Source: Candidatus Multivorans sp.
Lineage (GTDB): Bacteria > Acidobacteriota > Thermoanaerobaculia > Multivoradales > Multivoraceae
Direction of reading: 5' to 3'
Assembly (NCBI GenBank): GCA_965224025.1
Contig: OZ245033.1
Location: forward strand, 2,496,001-2,560,000
Length of the DNA: 64,000 nt
Shown: piece by piece, positions 60,225 to 64,000 of the stretch
Position numbering within the stretch: the first letter of the stretch is position 1
How the letters are laid out: each line of letters opens with the position of its first letter
Notes under the pieces: generated by a model
The model's input: only the letters and a program-made list of their open reading frames with translations
Database searches by the model: none
What the model was told of the DNA's origin: nothing
Made by a program: the position numbers and the translations under genes

Positions 60225-60438
60225 TCGGTCTCGCCAGCACTTCCAGGTCGGGAACCGCCCCGGCGGGCGCCGCGCCGGCCGGGGGGGCCTCGTCGCTACG
60301 CTCCTCAACCCCCGCGGCCGGGAGCTCCGAGCCGCCGCCAAACCTCTGCTCTCGTCTTGCCATCCATCCTCCTTGCCAACGCGTGCCCTCCACTATTCAA
60401 CGGGATGCCCGCTGTGTCACCTACGTTGGCAGAGAGGG
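60225..60438 (-). mobile_element. Truncated second copy of the IS3-family element (orfA end)
   Basis: Near-identical to ~33510-33720, including the IR and the terminal GAGAGGG. Confidence 0.85.
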
Positions 60439-60474
60439 CAGCGAGGAATGAGTCTACGGTCTCCATACGCTCGG

Positions 60475-61358
60475 CTAGTCCTCCCGCTCGACCCACCAGC
60501 CCCTGGTTCCGGGCACGAACGCGGTAACGCCTGACGGTCCGAGTTCGACGCCGCGCATGCGCTTGCTGAAGCCCCAGGTGGTGCTGTAGTTCCACAGGAA
60601 CAGGGCCGGCTGGTCGGCCTGGACCTGGGCCTGGAGTTCGCGCAGCAGTTCGGCGCGGCGTTCGCGGTCGAGTTCGACGCGGGAGCGGTCGAACAACTCG
60701 TCGACCTTGGGGTTGCTGTAGCTGTCGTAGTTGCGGCCGTTTTCGATCGCTTCGCTGTGGAAGAAGTTGCGCCAGATGTCGGGGTCGGCGAAGACCTGGT
60801 AGGTGTCGACGCGGGCGATCATCTCGTGCTGGATCAGCCGCGGCGAGCGGCTGGCGTTCTCCTGGATCTCGGTGTCGAAGGAGACGCCGATGCGGCGCAG
60901 GTCGTCGCGGTAGATGTCGACCATGCGGCGGGCGTCGACGAAGGACTGCGGCAGGTTCATCATGAAGTGGAACCGCACCTGCTCGCCGTCGGTCTCCTTG
61001 TAGCGCCAGCCGTCGTCCGGGTTCGTCAGCCAGCCGGCTTCGTCCAGTACCGCGGCCGTCTTGTCCAGGTCGTACTCGAGCGGCTCGACATTCGTATTGT
61101 GGCTCCAATGACTCGGCGGGAACATGCCGTTCGAGCGTGTGTAGACGTTCCAGCTCACCTGCCTCAGCACGCGCTCGGCGTCGTAGGCGTGAGCCATCGC
61201 GCGCCGCACCCGGACGTCGCCGAAGAAGGGGTTGTTCCCGCCCTGTTGCCAGCCGATGTAGGCCTGCATCCAGCGCGGCCCCCCGGGCTGGCGGGGTTGC
61301 CCAGGCAACCCGTCAGCGCCAGGGCGGCGAGCGCGGCGACGCCCAGCCGAGCGATCAT
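60475..61358 (-). pseudogene. Family 5 ABC substrate-binding lipoprotein with large internal deletion
   Basis: Lipoprotein signal MIARLGVAALAALALTGC is joined out of frame near 61285 to YIGW...FFGDVRVRRAMAHA...YDLDKTAAVLDEAGW...YSNPKVD. Confidence 0.75.
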
Positions 61359-62887
61359 TGGCACTCGGCGCCTCCCGCTCCGTTGAGCCGGACCGCGCGG
61401 CCGCAGAACTCTTCCTCGCACATTTCGCGCAGCGTTTCCCGGTCCTCGACGTTGGCCCACGTCCGGCGTCCGTCGGGCAGCCGGCAGGCCAGGTGGGCGA
61501 CGGTGGGCTCGAAGCTCGGAGCCTCCCTCTCGCCGTAGACAGACCGGTACGACGTGGACTTCGCGCTGCCGCCGCCGAACATGACGGTGTACGACTCGAT
61601 TTCGGTCCGTCCCGCGTAGTCGGTCACCGCTTCACGTTTGGGTAGCGCGTGGACCTCGGCGGTCAGGTCCTCGTGCCGGTACGGCTCGACCGGTTCGTCT
61701 GTTCCATAGACACCGAAGGAGTGCTTGGTCAGCATGCCGCCGTTCGCGGTGACCAGCGCCCGGCCGCCGTCCTTTTGGCGGAGCAGTTCCGCCGTGCGGG
61801 CGATCGAGTGCATCACGTAGCTGTTGAGCGGGCCGCCGCCGAACGTCAGGCCGCCGGTGACGGTGAGCGGACGCTCCGGGTCCAGGCCGAGCTCGCTGGC
61901 GGCCACCTGTACGGAACTCGGGAAGCAACTGTAGACGTCGACGAAGTCGAGGTTCGGCACCTCGACGCCGGCCAGCTCCAGTGCCCGGTGTCCGCCGAGC
62001 CGGATGGCTGGGGACGAGTGGAGCGTGTCTCGCTCGGAGACGAAGTAGTGATCGACGGCGTCCGTACCGGAAAGCGGGAACACCATCTTCGAGGGCGGCA
62101 CGCCCAGCGCTCGTGCTGTTTCGAGCGAGCAGAGAACGAGCGCCGCCGCCATGTCCACGCGCATGTTCGCGTTCATGAGCTTCGTGTAGGGGTAGGTCAC
62201 GGCACGGTTGGCGGGCGACACGGTGCCGATGTCTCCGGCGGTCAACGGCTTCCTGATCCAGGCGTTGGGGTTGTCCTGCGCCACCCGGTTGAAGCCAGCC
62301 CAGAGTTCGGCGATGCGGGCGCGGTGATCGCTCACGGCTTCCTGGTTCTGGCGTCGCAGCGCGATCTCGAACAGCGAGTAGTACTGCACTGCCTGCTGGA
62401 TGCCGCGGTTCATCTCGATCTCGTGCCGCGTCCAGCGCGTGTCGCCGTAGCTCACGTCGGGCAGCTTCGATGGGTCGTCGTCCTGAAGCCAGTCCAGCTC
62501 CACGCCCATCTTTCCGGCCCGGCCCATCGTGCGGCCGCACTCGGCGGCGCAGAGCACGATTGCCTGGCGGCGCCCGCTCTGGATGTCAAGGGCGCTCTGG
62601 TTGAAGACCGTCTGCACCTGGTTGCCGCCGACCACGGAAAGGCCGGTCTCGGCGTTGCCGAGTTCAAGTGCCTCGATCACCGCCAGGGCCGGATTCCGGT
62701 AGCCCCAGACACCCTTCATCGCCCGCACAGAGTCGATCCGAGCGGGCAGGGCGAGGGTCTCGGCGTCATCGATCGCGCTTTGCACCGCTTCGATCATCAG
62801 TTCGATCGGCGCGCGTGCCTCCTCCGGCTCGTCAGAGCGCTGGAGCATCTGAGCGATACCGATCAGAACGGGAGTGCGTTGACTCAT
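61355..62887 (-). CDS. Acetyl-CoA acetyltransferase-like (thiolase family) protein
   Basis: TPVLIG, GGN..Q, YPYTK.M..N..VD.AAA, DVYSCFPSSVQ, TVTGGL.F.GGP.N.Y, TANGG.LTKH. Confidence 0.88.
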   Translation of the reverse strand: MSQRTPVLIGIAQMLQRSDEPEEARAPIELMIEAVQSAIDDAETLALPARIDSVRAMKGVWGYRNPALAVIEALELGNAETGLSVVGGNQVQTVFNQSALDIQSGRRQAIVLCAAECGRTMGRAGKMGVELDWLQDDDPSKLPDVSYGDTRWTRHEIEMNRGIQQAVQYYSLFEIALRRQNQEAVSDHRARIAELWAGFNRVAQDNPNAWIRKPLTAGDIGTVSPANRAVTYPYTKLMNANMRVDMAAALVLCSLETARALGVPPSKMVFPLSGTDAVDHYFVSERDTLHSSPAIRLGGHRALELAGVEVPNLDFVDVYSCFPSSVQVAASELGLDPERPLTVTGGLTFGGGPLNSYVMHSIARTAELLRQKDGGRALVTANGGMLTKHSFGVYGTDEPVEPYRHEDLTAEVHALPKREAVTDYAGRTEIESYTVMFGGGSAKSTSYRSVYGEREAPSFEPTVAHLACRLPDGRRTWANVEDRETLREMCEEEFCGRAVRLNGAGGAECQ

Positions 62888-63023
62888 CGTATGCTTGCCC
62901 TTCAGGGCTGGTGGGACGCTGTCGAGTGGGGAAGCGCGAGCGGCGAGTGTAGCTTGCCGGGTTGTCCGGCGCCGCTCCTGAGCGCTGCGCTAACGTAGCC
63001 GCGTTCGGCGCCGGCCCCAGCAG

Positions 63024-64000
63024 ATGCTCACCAAGCTCACGATCCGCAACTTCAAGCGCTTCGAGGAGGTCGAGATCGAGCTGGGCAACCCGGTGGTCCT
63101 GATCGGTCCGAACAACTCGGGCAAGACCTCGGCGATGCAGGCCCTGGCGCTCTGGGACATCGGTCTCCGGCGCTGGAGGGAGAAGCGATCGGGCGGCAGC
63201 GCTCCGGAGAAGCGCCCCGGCGTGACCGTGAACCGGCGCGACCTGGTGGCGATCCCGGTTCCGAACGCCAACCTGCTGTGGCGGGAACTCCACACCCGGC
63301 ACGTGCGCCTTGTGGATGGCCGGCAGCGCACGGACAACATCTGCATCGACGTACTGGTCGAAGGAACGACCGGCGGGGAGGCGTGGCGGTGCGGCCTGGA
63401 GTTCGACTACGCGAACCAGGAGTCCTTCTACTGCAGGCCGCTGCGCCTCGGCACGGATGGTCCGGTGAAGCGGATGCCGATACCGGAGCAGGCCATGGTC
63501 GTCGACGTGGCCTACCTGCCGCCGATGTCGGGCCTGGCCTCGGCCGAGACGCGGCTCGATCCCGGTACGGTGAACGTGCGCATCGGCGAGGGGCGCACCG
63601 GCGAGGTGCTGCGCAACCTCTGCTTCCGCATTCACGAGCAGGATACGGCGTCCTGGGATCGGATGGCGGAGCGGATCGAGCGGCTCTTCGGCGTCGAACT
63701 CGACCCGCCCGTGTACGTCGAGGAGCGCGGCGAGATCTCGATGCGGTACCGCGAGCGGAGAATCTGGCTCGATCTCTCGTCGAGTGGCCGCGGCCTGCAG
63801 CAGACGCTGCTGATCCTGGCCTACATGTACATGCATCCCGGCGCCGTCCTCCTGCTCGACGAGCCGGACGCGCACCTGGAGATCCTCCGCCAGCGCGAGG
63901 TGTACTCCCTGATCCGGGAGGTCGCAGCGAAGAGCCACAGCCAGATCGTCGTGGCCAGTCACTCCGAGGTGCTGCTCGGCGAGGCGGCCGGGACGGACAC
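63024..64000 (+). CDS. ABC/AAA_15-type ATPase, partial (runs off the window)
   Basis: Manual translation: MLTKLTIRNFKRF...LIGPNNSGKTS...SSGRGLQQ...LLLDEPDAHLE...VASHSE. Confidence 0.85.
   Translation, partial: MLTKLTIRNFKRFEEVEIELGNPVVLIGPNNSGKTSAMQALALWDIGLRRWREKRSGGSAPEKRPGVTVNRRDLVAIPVPNANLLWRELHTRHVRLVDGRQRTDNICIDVLVEGTTGGEAWRCGLEFDYANQESFYCRPLRLGTDGPVKRMPIPEQAMVVDVAYLPPMSGLASAETRLDPGTVNVRIGEGRTGEVLRNLCFRIHEQDTASWDRMAERIERLFGVELDPPVYVEERGEISMRYRERRIWLDLSSSGRGLQQTLLILAYMYMHPGAVLLLDEPDAHLEILRQREVYSLIREVAAKSHSQIVVASHSEVLLGEAAGTD

Noticed and set aside
62832-63962. 376-aa minus-strand ORF
   Set aside because: Antisense to the plus-strand ATPase starting at 63024, which has Walker A/B motifs.

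Overview
This is a GC-rich bacterial window, probably from an Acidobacteriota genome. That is an inference from the acidobacterial VWA paralogs, the CRTAC1/ASPIC-UnbV + TPR pair and the carboxypeptidase-regulatory-domain proteins. Region 1-43 kb holds mostly envelope and metabolic genes: penicillin acylase, cytochrome c, a Tat-signal ThDP enzyme, a TonB receptor, a Rieske-ThDP fusion, map, ctaA/ctaB, ugd/uxs and a class III PHA cluster (phaR, phasin, phaE, phaC). It also has TA modules, a transposase remnant and a complete IS3-type element that splits a surface-protein gene with a 3-bp TSD. Region 43.5-59.9 kb is a defence island. It contains a CBASS (CD-NTase, stand-alone E2, patatin effector) with a divergent XRE-ImmA/IrrE regulator. 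Directly downstream and co-oriented is a decaying DUF499/DUF3780-like/DUF1156/SNF2 restriction-like system interrupted by an ImmA/IrrE-DUF4411-(HNH remnant) cassette. An unannotated ART-like + DUF6575-like gene pair lies at the island edge. Window-wide features are GC-rich REP-like hairpins, some read in frame within proteins, many internally deleted genes, nonsense and frameshift lesions, and apparent leaderless promoters. No rRNA, tRNA or CRISPR array was seen. All family calls come from motif recognition by eye; no database searches were run.
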